A stretch of DNA of 64,000 bases from an uncultured Gemmatimonadales bacterium (GTDB lineage Bacteria > Gemmatimonadota > Gemmatimonadetes > Gemmatimonadales > GWC2-71-9), in contig CAVRRH010000007.1 of the NCBI GenBank assembly GCA_963723565.1, positions 92,329-156,328 on the forward strand, written 5' to 3'. Of the stretch, positions 46,426 to 57,691 are shown piece by piece. The notes under the pieces were generated by a model. The model saw only the letters and a program-made list of their open reading frames with translations, made no database searches and was not told where the DNA came from. Each line of letters starts with the position of its first letter. The stretch's first letter is position 1. Position numbers and translations under genes: made by a program.

Positions 46426-47128
46426 CCAGAACCTCTCCCGTCACGAAGTCACCCCCTTCCAGAAGGTATAGTAGTGCGGAGACGACATCGGACGGGCTGC
46501 CGAGACGGCGAAGCGGGGTGGCTCGCGCGAGCCGTTCCCGCTCTTCGGCGTCGTACTCCTCGGGTACCAGGACGGCCCCGGGAGCGATCGCGTTGACGGT
46601 GACTTCGGGGGCAAGGCTCCGCGCCAGCACCTTGGTGAGCATGACGACCCCGGCCTTGCTGACGGAATGTGCCGCAAACCCTGGCCAGGGCTCGAGGCCG
46701 GCAAGGTCTGCCAGGTTTACCACCTTCCCCCGAGCGGCGCGGAGCGCAGAGGCCGCGCCCTGAGTGCAGAAGAAGCCCGCCCGAAGGTTCAGGTCGTGAA
46801 CGGCGTCCCATTGCTCCGGTGTGGTCTCTTCAAAGCTGAGTCGATGCATCACGGCAGCTGAATTGACCAGCACGTCCAGCCGGCCAAACTCAGCCACAAC
46901 CCGCGCCGGCAGGGCACGCGCGGCATGAGCGTCGGTCAGGTCGGCCTCGAAACAGACGGCACGTCCGCCGGCCGCCATGATCTCCTCCCTTAGCTCGTTG
47001 GCACCGGCACTGGAAGCATGATGGTGGATGGCCAGTGTCATTCCCCGCTGGGCTAGCGCTGCGGCCATCGCACGGCCGAGCCGTCGCCCTGCGCCAGTGA
47101 CCAGGGCGACCCGGCCCTGCAGCTCCAT
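46397..47128 (-). CDS. Short-chain dehydrogenase/reductase (pteridine-reductase/FolM-like)
   Basis: VALVTGAGRRLGRAMA, NSAA, SVSKAG. 243 aa. Confidence 0.75.
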   Translation of the reverse strand: MELQGRVALVTGAGRRLGRAMAAALAQRGMTLAIHHHASSAGANELREEIMAAGGRAVCFEADLTDAHAARALPARVVAEFGRLDVLVNSAAVMHRLSFEETTPEQWDAVHDLNLRAGFFCTQGAASALRAARGKVVNLADLAGLEPWPGFAAHSVSKAGVVMLTKVLARSLAPEVTVNAIAPGAVLVPEEYDAEERERLARATPLRRLGSPSDVVSALLYLLEGGDFVTGEVLVVDGGRLIR

Positions 47129-47865
47129 CAGAGCGGTCCAGCGGCGATCGGGGAGATCGGGAGAATCTGTCCGGTAGTCGCGGTATCCGAGCGCGCGAGG
47201 GACATCACCCCATCGGTGATCTCCTGCATCTCGACATACTGCGCGTCGCCCTCTCCCACCGCCGCGACGTTATCCACTGTGCGTACCATGGCCGGAGCGA
47301 CGGCGTTGACCCGGACGTGCCGGTCCTGCAGCTCCAGCGCCAGGCTCCGGGTGAATCCGGCGACGGCGGCCTTGGCGGCCGAGTACACAGCCATGGGGCT
47401 CTGCGGATTGAAGTAGGCGATCGAGGAAAAGTTGATGATGCAGCCACGGGTGCGGGTTAACGCCTCGATGGCGGCCTGGGAGACCACAACCGCGGTCTTG
47501 AGGTTGATGGCGATCTCGCGGTCGAGCGCCACAACGGTGGTTTCGCCAATTGGGCCGAAGGTGGTCAGCCCGCCCGCCACGTTGACTACCACGTCCAGGC
47601 GGCCGAAGTGCTTGAGGGCAGTCTCCACGGCGAGAGCCGCGATATCCGGCTCGGTCAGGTCGCCCGCACAGGGCCTGACGTCCACACCTTGGGCGGCAAA
47701 CTCGCGTACCCGCTCGGCGACACCGACGGCATTGAGATCGCAGGCAACGATCTTGGCTCCGGCCTTTCCGAACGCGAGCGCGACGGCGTTCCCGATCTGG
47801 CCGGCCCGGCCCACACCGGTCACCAGCACAACCTTCCCACGAAAATCGAACCGGGCGGCGCTCAT
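47128..47865 (-). CDS. Short-chain dehydrogenase/reductase
   Basis: VVLVTGVGRAGQIGNAVA, NVAG, YSAAKAA. 245 aa. Confidence 0.75.
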   Translation of the reverse strand: MSAARFDFRGKVVLVTGVGRAGQIGNAVALAFGKAGAKIVACDLNAVGVAERVREFAAQGVDVRPCAGDLTEPDIAALAVETALKHFGRLDVVVNVAGGLTTFGPIGETTVVALDREIAINLKTAVVVSQAAIEALTRTRGCIINFSSIAYFNPQSPMAVYSAAKAAVAGFTRSLALELQDRHVRVNAVAPAMVRTVDNVAAVGEGDAQYVEMQEITDGVMSLARSDTATTGQILPISPIAAGPL

Positions 47866-48305
47866 GCGGATCCCAGGCTTTCGAGGATGATGGCGGCGCC
47901 AGGCGCACCGGCCTGGGTGTAGAGCACGGTGCCGTCGCGGTCGATCAGGCAGACCGAACGTGCGATCCCGGGCACGATCGGCCTGAGCGAGCCATAGGCG
48001 CCGCTGATCGCCCGGTCCGGGTCGGACAGCAACGGGAACGGCAGCCCCAGCTTCTCGGCATACGCCGTGTGTCGCTCGACGGACGCCGGATTCACGCCGA
48101 AGGGCCTGATGTCGTGGTCGGTGTAGGCTTGAATCTCATCGCGCACGGCGGAGAGTTGGCGGTTTCAGCCAGGTGTGTTGTTACCGGGATAAAACACCAG
48201 CAGCACGCGTGACTCGTCGAGGAGCCGGCGAAGATTGTATGTCCGCCCGTCCGAGGCGGCGGCCGTGAAGTCCGGCGCCACGCTGCCTGGTTGGAGCAGA
48301 CTCAT
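47862..48305 (-). CDS. bcp: Bcp/PrxQ-type peroxiredoxin with in-frame TGA (48165..48167) at the peroxidatic Cys position; candidate Sec codon
   Basis: ORFs 48165..48359 and 47862..48146 share one frame. The joined translation is MSLLQPGSVAPDFTAAASDGRTYNLRRLLDESRVLLVFYPGNNTPG-TGA-NRQLSAVRDEIQAY...GLPFPLLSDPD... Confidence 0.8.
48132..48157 (-). other. SECIS-like stem-loop 8-33 nt downstream of the in-frame UGA
   Basis: The mRNA AACUCUCCGCCGUGCGCGAUGAGAUU was hand-folded into 9 bp in two helices with a bulge and an apical loop CGUGC containing GU. Confidence 0.4.
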
Positions 48306-49171
48306 GACACCGCGCGACTCAGCGAGCGGGCCTGAAACTCGTCCAAGCGGTCCAGCCACTCTCGCGGGACTGCCTGGGAGCCGATAGTGCCATGGGTCAC
48401 TCCCGGCTCCGGGTCACCGTGCCAGTCGCTGCCACCGGTCCGGAGCAAGCCCAGCTTGAGCGCGATATCGGTAAGCCGGGCGCGGAGATCGGGATCGTGA
48501 CTGGGATGACGCGTCTCCACCGCATCCAGGCCCTCTCCCTTGAGCCGCTCGATGAAGGCCCGGGTGCCCCGTTCCTTCAGGTGAGCCACAGACACCAATC
48601 CGCCGGCCTGGTGGACCAGCTCCGCGATGACCCGAAACGCGGGCAGCGTCTTCTCCACGAAGGCCGGGCGGCCCCGACCCAGGAACCGGTCGAAGGCGTC
48701 GCCCAGATCGATGGCGCCGCCGTGCCGCACTATGGCGCGGGCGACGTGCGGCCGGCCCACGGCCCCACCTCCCGATTCATGCAGCACGTGCTCGAACGAG
48801 AGCTCCACCCCCAGCCGCTGAAGCTGTTCCACCATTGCCTGCGCCCGGCGCACTCGGTCCGCGCGGCTGCGCTCCAGAAACGCATCCAGCGCGGCCGAGT
48901 CGGAGGGTAGAAAGTACCCCAGCACGTGCATCTCGCCCCAGGGGGCCGCGGCCGAGAACTCGCACCCGCCGATGACCCGAACGCCGAAGCGCTCGCCAGC
49001 CGCGAGCGCTTCGGGTATGCCACCCAGGGTGTCGTGATCGGTGAGCGCGATAGCGCGGAGGCCGGCCCCCAATGCCCGCTTTACCACGGCCTCGGGAGCA
49101 AGACTCCCATCCGAGGCGGTCGAGTGCACGTGCAGATCGATGGTTTCCACAGGCTCGATCGCCTGGTCCAT
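48302..49171 (-). CDS. PHP-domain phosphoesterase (TrpH/YciV-like)
   Basis: IDLHVHSTASDGS, ALTDHDT, HVLGY, AHL. Intact 289 aa ORF. Confidence 0.85.
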   Translation of the reverse strand: MDQAIEPVETIDLHVHSTASDGSLAPEAVVKRALGAGLRAIALTDHDTLGGIPEALAAGERFGVRVIGGCEFSAAAPWGEMHVLGYFLPSDSAALDAFLERSRADRVRRAQAMVEQLQRLGVELSFEHVLHESGGGAVGRPHVARAIVRHGGAIDLGDAFDRFLGRGRPAFVEKTLPAFRVIAELVHQAGGLVSVAHLKERGTRAFIERLKGEGLDAVETRHPSHDPDLRARLTDIALKLGLLRTGGSDWHGDPEPGVTHGTIGSQAVPREWLDRLDEFQARSLSRAVS

Positions 49172-49176
49172 GGGGC

Positions 49177-49443
49177 TCAGCGGCGATATCCCATCTCGGG
49201 AGCGGTCCAGGATGGTTGAGAGTGAGCCAGCAGATCACGCAGTTCCTGATCGCTCAGCTGGCTGAGCGAGAGCTCCCGGCTCTTGGCGCCGAGCGGGGAA
49301 TAGCGGGCCACGCGCTGCTCGCGATCGGGCCCGACGCCCCGAGTGAAGATGAGGCCGAACTCGTCCTTCACGTACTGTGTGATCCGTCCGCTGACGGCCA
49401 CTTCCCACTGCTCGCCGTCGGCGGCGATGATTCGTCTGGGCAT
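49177..49443 (-). CDS. Hypothetical protein, 88 aa
   Basis: An ORF packed between the E2 stop and the PHP start. No motif recognised. Confidence 0.4.
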   Translation of the reverse strand: MPRRIIAADGEQWEVAVSGRITQYVKDEFGLIFTRGVGPDREQRVARYSPLGAKSRELSLSQLSDQELRDLLAHSQPSWTAPEMGYRR

Positions 49444-50913
49444 TCAGGTACCAGCTTCAGTGAACTCCTGGAGGCCCGCCTTCACGTCGGCCATGAATCG
49501 GTCGGCGTCGGCGCCGTCCACGATCCGGTGATCGAAGGCGAGCGAAAGCATTCCCTTGGTGCGAATCGCGATCATGTCGGTGTCGTCGACGGTGATGACG
49601 GCCGGCTGTTTCTCGATGCTCCCGACGCAGAGGATCGCGGCCTGGGGCTGGTTGATGATGGGCGTGCCGATCACCGATCCGAACCCGCCCGGGTTGGTGA
49701 TCGTGAAGGTCCCCTTCTGCACCTCATCCGGACTCAGCTTCTTGGTCCGGGCCCGCTCGCCGAGGTCGTTGATGGCCCGAGCTATCCCCAGCAGCGAGAG
49801 CTCGTCGGCGTGCTTGATCACCGGAACGATGAGCCCCCAGTCGAGCGCAACGGCGATGCCGATGTTGATGTCGCGCCGAAAGAGCGTGCTCTCCCCCGAC
49901 ACCGCGGCGTTGAGCACCGGGTGCTTCCGGAGGTTGTCCGCCACGACTTTCGTGATGAACGCCAGATAGGTGAGGTTCACGCCCCGGTCGGCAAACTCCT
50001 TCTTGTTCCTGGCCCGGACCTGCGCCACGCGGGTGTAGTCGATCTCGAAGATGGTATTGACGTGCGGCGAGACCCGGCGCGACATGACCATGTGGTCGGC
50101 GGTCAGCTTCCTGATCCGCGACCAGGGCTCGACCCGATCGCCGGGCCAGGGGTCGACCGTCGCTGCCGGCGCCAGCGGGACAGCGGGACCGCGGGACGGC
50201 GGGACAGCAACAGCGCTTGGGACTGACCCACTGACCCGCTGACCCGCTGGCCCGCTGACCGCCTTCCCCGCTTCCCCGCCCTCTATGTAGCTCAAGATGT
50301 CGTTCTTGGTGACGCGGCCCAGGAGCCCGGTGCCCGGAATGGCGCTGATGTCGACCTTGTGCTCCGCCGCCATCTTCCGGACCAGCGGGGTCGACTTTCG
50401 CTGGAGCCGCTCCTCGATCGACTCGGGCGCCCCATTCCCACCGGTGGCATCGCTCACAGCCCGGGTCTCAGGCGCGGCGGAGGCAGCAGCAGCGGGCACT
50501 GATCGCGAGGGAGCGGTCGGCTCGCTGGGGCGGGAAGCCCCCCTGGGCGGCACCGACGGCGCCGACGCCAGCGGCGCTGGAGGTGCTCCCGCAGGGGTGG
50601 CCGGTTTCTGGGGAGCCGGGGCGGCGGCCGACGGCGCAGCAGGAGCCTTTGGCTTCTCGGCGGCGGCACTCGCGTCGGTCTCGATCCGGGCGACGACGGT
50701 CTGCACCGCCACCGTCTCGCCCTCCTGCACCAGGATTTCCGCCAGCACCCCGGCAGTCGGGGCCGGAATCTCCGCGTCCACCTTGTCGGTCGAGATCTCG
50801 AAGATCGGCTCGTCCCGCTTGATGGGGTCGCCCACCTTCTTCATCCAGCGGGAGAGCGTGCCTTCCGCGATCGACTCTCCCATCTGGGGCATTATTACGT
50901 CAATCTTTGCCAT
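49444..50913 (-). CDS. Dihydrolipoamide acyltransferase (E2) of a 2-oxoacid dehydrogenase complex
   Basis: Lipoyl domain ...EISTDKVDAEIPAP. E3-binding domain STPLVRKMAAEHKVDISAIPGTG. Catalytic DHRIVDGA. 489 aa. Confidence 0.93.
   Translation of the reverse strand: MAKIDVIMPQMGESIAEGTLSRWMKKVGDPIKRDEPIFEISTDKVDAEIPAPTAGVLAEILVQEGETVAVQTVVARIETDASAAAEKPKAPAAPSAAAPAPQKPATPAGAPPAPLASAPSVPPRGASRPSEPTAPSRSVPAAAASAAPETRAVSDATGGNGAPESIEERLQRKSTPLVRKMAAEHKVDISAIPGTGLLGRVTKNDILSYIEGGEAGKAVSGPAGQRVSGSVPSAVAVPPSRGPAVPLAPAATVDPWPGDRVEPWSRIRKLTADHMVMSRRVSPHVNTIFEIDYTRVAQVRARNKKEFADRGVNLTYLAFITKVVADNLRKHPVLNAAVSGESTLFRRDINIGIAVALDWGLIVPVIKHADELSLLGIARAINDLGERARTKKLSPDEVQKGTFTITNPGGFGSVIGTPIINQPQAAILCVGSIEKQPAVITVDDTDMIAIRTKGMLSLAFDHRIVDGADADRFMADVKAGLQEFTEAGT
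50174..50280. repeat. Tandem-unit inverted-repeat element C inside the E2 linker: CGGGACNG x4, spacer CAACAGCGCTTGGGA, CTGACCCG-type x4, CTTCCCCG x2
   Basis: Read directly: cagcgggacagcgggaccgcgggacggcgggacagcaacagcgcttgggactgacccactgacccgctgacccgctggcccgctgaccgccttccccgcttccccgcc. It is in frame and encodes GEAGKAVSGPAGQRVSGSVPSAVAVPPSRGPAVPLA. Confidence 0.85.
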
Positions 50914-50922
50914 TCATCCCTC

Positions 50923-50998
50923 TCAGGAGTGCTGGTCAGGAGTCGGGAGTCTGGAGTCGACCCGCCCGACTCGCTGACTCCTGACTCCCGACTCAACT
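50923..50998. repeat. Tandem-unit inverted-repeat element E: heptamers C(A/G/T)GGAGT x4 facing (C)GACTC(N) x4, 9-nt loop, between E1-beta stop and E2 start
   Basis: The sequence is tcaggagtgctggtcaggagtcgggagtctggagtcgacccgcccgactcgctgactcctgactcccgactc. Confidence 0.85.
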
Positions 50999-51976
50999 CT
51001 AATACGCAGCCAGCCATCGTGCCGCCCTTACGATATCCGCCGTCTGCGGCAAGACGAAGTCCTCGAGCTGCGGCGCATACGGCAGCGGCACGTCGTGCGC
51101 CGCGACCCGCTTGATCGGCGCATCGAGCCACTCGAAGGCCAGGTCGTTGATGCGAGCGGCGATCTCACCTGCCACTCCGCCGGTCACCGTGTCTTCGTGC
51201 ACGATCAGCACCCGGTTGGTCTTCCTGACGGTGGCCGCGATGGCCTCGTCGTCCATCGGAAGCAGCGACCGCAGGTCGAGCACCTCGACCGAGAATCCAT
51301 CCTCCCGCTCCAGCTGTTCCGCGGCTTCGAGCGACTTCCACACCGTCGCGGCGTAGGTGATGATCGACAGATCCCGGCCTTCCCGGGCCAGACGAGCCTT
51401 GCCGATCGGCACGACGTGATCGCCCTGCGGCAGCTCCTCCTTGATCCGCCGGTAGAGATACTTGTGCTCGAAGAAGAGCACGCAGTCATCGTCCCGGATA
51501 GCGGACTTGATCAGCCCCTTGGCGTCGCTCGCCGTGGCCGGATAGACGATCTTGAGACCCGGGGTGTGGAGGAACGCCGCCTCGGGGTTCTGCGAGTGGA
51601 ACGGCCCGCCCCGGACGTAACCGCCGCTGGGTCCGCGCACCACCATGGGACAGGGCAGAAAGGCGCGATATCGCGCGGTGGCGACGTAGTTGGTGAGCAT
51701 GTCGTAGGCGCAGGAGATGAAGTCGATGAACTGCATCTCGCACACCGGCCGCATGCCCATGTGCGCGGCGCCGGCCGCCGCGCCCACGATCGCCGCCTCG
51801 GAAATCGGCGTGTCGATGACCCGCTGCTCGCCGAAGCGGGCCTGCAGACCTTCGGTCACCTTGAATGCGCCCCCGTACGCGCCGATGTCCTCGCCCAGAC
51901 AGAAGACATTGGGGTCACGCTCCATCTCCTCGAACAATCCCTGCCGGATGGCCTCGAGGTAGGTGCTCTCAGCCAT
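50999..51976 (-). CDS. 2-oxoacid dehydrogenase E1 component, beta subunit
   Basis: MAESTYLEAIRQGLFEEMERDPNVFCLGEDIG...IDTPISE...FEHKYLY. The ATG at 51976 overlaps the alpha stop (ATGGCTGA). Confidence 0.92.
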   Translation of the reverse strand: MAESTYLEAIRQGLFEEMERDPNVFCLGEDIGAYGGAFKVTEGLQARFGEQRVIDTPISEAAIVGAAAGAAHMGMRPVCEMQFIDFISCAYDMLTNYVATARYRAFLPCPMVVRGPSGGYVRGGPFHSQNPEAAFLHTPGLKIVYPATASDAKGLIKSAIRDDDCVLFFEHKYLYRRIKEELPQGDHVVPIGKARLAREGRDLSIITYAATVWKSLEAAEQLEREDGFSVEVLDLRSLLPMDDEAIAATVRKTNRVLIVHEDTVTGGVAGEIAARINDLAFEWLDAPIKRVAAHDVPLPYAPQLEDFVLPQTADIVRAARWLAAY

Positions 51977-53146
51977 CGTGCGTCCCCCAGCTCGCGGGCC
52001 GCTCGTGAATGTCGACTGCCGAGCGCACGCCCTCCCGATACCAGAGCGCGGGTGTCCGCGGCCGGATCGGCATAGACGCCAAGCAAGCGCATCGCGGGGC
52101 TCCGGTGCGCGGCGAAGCCTCGGCCTCGTCCGTGGCGCGATCGATCTCGGCTGTAACCCGGGCGTCGATCTGCTCCAGCTCGGCTGGTCGGTACGCCTGC
52201 ACGTCCGGTGAGCGTCTTGATGAAGCGGTCGAGGGGATCGTTCTCCCGGGCCCAGCGCTCGATCTCGCCGGCCGGGACGTAGGACTGGTTGTCGTGCTCC
52301 GCGTGGCCCTTGCGGCGGTAGGTCATCAGCTCGATGAGCGTGACGCCCTCGCCGCCGGCGGGCGCGGTCCACGGCTTCCTTGGTGACCTCGTAGGTGGCC
52401 ACCACGTCGTTCCCGTCCGCCCGCACGCCCGGCACACCGTAGCCGATGGCCTTGTCCTTGAAGCTGGTGCACGCCGTCTGCTTGCTGGTGGGAGTGGAGT
52501 AGGCGTACCCGTTGTTCTCGACGATGACCACCAGGGGGCAACGCTGGACCGCGGCGAAGTTGATCCCCTCGTGGAAGGCGCCGGTGGAAGTGGCCCCGTC
52601 CCCGACATACACCAGGCCGACCCGGTCCTCGCCTCGCAGCTTGAACGAGAGCGTTACCCCGGCCATGACCGGCACCATGTCGCCCAGATGTGAGATCTGC
52701 CCGATGAACCCGCGGACTGTATCGCCGAAGTGGATGTTGAGCTCGCGACCGCGGGTGGGCGAGTCTCCCTTGGCCATGTACTGCCGCAGGATCTCGAGCG
52801 GCGTGGCGCCCTGCACCAGCATGGAGCCCAGATTGCGGATCAGCGGAGAAAGTACGTCGCCCTTGGAGCGGTCGAGCGCGTAGGCCGAGCCCACGGCGTC
52901 AGCCTCCTGGCCCAGCGAGCGGAACAGCCCGCCGACCACCTTGGTCTGGCGGTACAGGTTGACCAGCCGCTCCTCGAGCGAGCGGGTCAGCCGCATGTAG
53001 TAGTAGAGCTCGAGCAGCTGGTCCCGCGTCAGAGCCGGGAGCGCGGCTCGGATCTGCGGCACGAGCACTGGTGACCGCCATGCAAGTCCTGGTTGAAAGT
53101 GGTCTCGTCCGGGCAGGAAGATCGACTTCCCGGAGGGGAGAATCAA
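51969..53146 (-). CDS. 2-oxoacid dehydrogenase E1 component, alpha subunit (TPP); at least 3 frame breaks in the 3' third
   Basis: YYYMRLTRSLEERLVNLYRQ, YVGDGATSTGAFHEGINFAAV, VVIVENNGYAYSTP. TLIELMTYRRKGHAEHD is in ORF 51856..52608 and AELEQIDARVTAEIDRATDEAEASP is in ORF 51969..52202. Confidence 0.88.
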
Positions 53147-54813
53147 GCCGGAGAGAGCTCAGTCGTGGGAAGAAAACGGGGTGGCCGCCGGTGCTTGGTC
53201 GCCTGCTCGAACGCAAACCCAATTCGGATGAGGGTCGGCTCACTCCAGGCGACGGCCGAAGAAGGAGAGATTGACCGGCAAGCCCGTACACGAATCCCAT
53301 CGGCACGCTGATGCTCGGGTAGCCGGCAACCGCCGCGGGGGTGGAGCTGCGACCCGGTGAAATGGTCGCCGTTCACCAGGTCGGTCGGCCAGGCCGGGTT
53401 GCCCGTCGGCGCCACGAGGGCATCCAGCCGGTGCTTTGCCATGACGGCGTCGATACCCAGCGCGCGGGAGAGCCGGCGGCAGCTGCTCCAGCGCCTTCTG
53501 TAGGCGGGCGAGGTCAGGGGTCCCTTCTCTTGCGCCTGCAGGAAGAGCTCCTGGCCAAAATAAGGCATCTCCCGGTCCCGCGTGCTGCTCGATTGAACTC
53601 GATAACATCGCCGAGCGTCTTGACCGCGTGCGCCGCTCCCAGGGCCGCCAGGTAGCGTTCAGATCGGCCTTGAGCTCGTAGAGCAGGACCTCCAGCTCGG
53701 CGTCGTCGTACTCGCCGGCGTGCGGAATGTTCGGCTGGGTCGACCAGCACGGCGCCTTCGTGCCGGAGCACGTCCGAGGGCGGCCTCCGCCGGCCGGTCG
53801 GTCGCGTCGCTGTAGCCGAAGAACTTCGCCCGGGCCACACCGATCCGTGCTCCGCGGAGGCCGGCCGGGTCGAGAAATTTGGTGTAATCCTGGTGCACGT
53901 GTCCCGCCGCCGGCCGCGGTCGCCGCGCCGCGAGGATCGGGACCGGCCATCGCCGCCAAGCAGAGCCGCGGCATCGGCGACGCGTCCGGCATAAGCGGGC
54001 CCGGCCGTGTCCTGAGTGTGAGAGATCGGGATGATCCCCGCCCGGCTCACCAGCCCAACCGTCGGCTTGAGTCCGACTACTCCATTGCCGGATGCCGGGC
54101 AGACGATCGAGCCATCGGTCTCGGTGCCCACGGCTACCGCGCCGAGATTGGCCGAGACCGCCACTGCCGATGCCCGAGCTGGAGCCCACAGGGGTTCCGG
54201 TCGAGAACAAACGGGATTCCGACACTGCCCCCCGCGGGCGCTCCATCCACTGGACGAGTGGGTGGACCGGATATTTGCCCACTCGCTCATGTTGGCCTTT
54301 GGCGAGCAGGACGGCGCCGGCACTTCGAAGGCGGGCGGCGACGCCCGAATCGCGACTGGGGAACCGAGCCCTCGAGCGCGAGCGAGCCGGCCGTGGTGGT
54401 CATCCGGTCGGCGGTGTCGATGTTGTCTTTGAGCAGAACGGGTATGCCGTGGAGCGGACCGCGCGGCCCCTGGGCCTTGCGCTCCCGGTCGAGGACGTCG
54501 GCCACGGACGAGCGCCTCGGGGTTGGTCTCAATGACGCTGTGGAGCCGGGGCCCTTCCCGGTCGAGATTCGTGATGCGGGCGAGGTACACTCGTCAACCG
54601 TTGATGTGCCGTGAGCCGGCCCGCCTGCATATCGGCCTGCAGTCCGGCGATGGTAGCCTCGTCCAACTCGACCGGCCCGACGTCCCAACCGGACGACCTG
54701 CCCAAGGCCGGTAGCATCCGCAGCGGGCCGGATTTGCTGACGGCGGCGACACTGACCAGCGCGGCGTAACTCAGGAACCCGCGCCGATCGATGCCGCCTC
54801 CTCGACCCATCAT
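53143..54813 (-). CDS. Amidase-signature family amidase with Tat-type signal; many frame breaks
   Basis: MMGRGGGIDRRGFLSYAALVSVAA. AS motif GVAVGTETDGSIVCPASGNGVVGLKPTVGLVSRAGIIPISHTQDTAGP. C-terminus ...IRIGFAFEQATKHRRPP. Confidence 0.8.
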
Positions 54814-54836
54814 TGTTGGGATCGCGTCTATGACCT

Positions 54837-57348
<2,512 letters not shown>

Positions 57349-57397
57349 CTCCTGGGCTTCACTGGCATGAGATTCTGTTGTCGTGAGAGAAGAGAAG

Positions 57398-57689
57398 TTA
57401 GTAGGCGCCGATCGGACGATGCGTCGGCTCTGCCATCGTATGCACCATGGTGAGAAAGCGCTTGGCCCGCTTGTCGGCTTCGCTTTCTCCGACCTGGTCG
57501 GTCTCGACCGTCACCAGGGTGTAGTGACCACCCTCGGCCTGAACCGTCACCGTAATTCGGCCGATCGGTGCCGGCGAACTGCCGGCGCCGGGGCTGCTCC
57601 TCCACCGGTGCCAGGGTCCCGCCGAAAAACCGTCCGGCCCCGACGAGCACTTCGTCGGGGGGAAGGTGGGTGCGGTGGAAGTATTTCAC
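57398..57689 (-). CDS. Hypothetical small protein (about 96 aa), one frame break; translationally coupled to ino1
   Basis: A GTG at 57689 lies 3 nt after the ino1 TAA, with GAGGA upstream. VKYFHRTHLPPDEVLVGAGRFFGGTLAPVEEQP... then ...IGRITVTVQAEGGHYTLVTVETDQVGESEADKRAKRFLTMVHTMAEPTHRPIGAY (own translation). Confidence 0.4.
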
Positions 57690-57691
57690 CC

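Noticed and set aside
50999-53146. 715-aa ORF suggesting a fused E1 alpha-beta subunit
   Set aside because: The alpha C-terminal third is scattered over three frames. With correction, alpha stops at TGA 51969..51971, which overlaps the beta ATG at 51976 (ATGGCTGA). These are two ordinary coupled genes.
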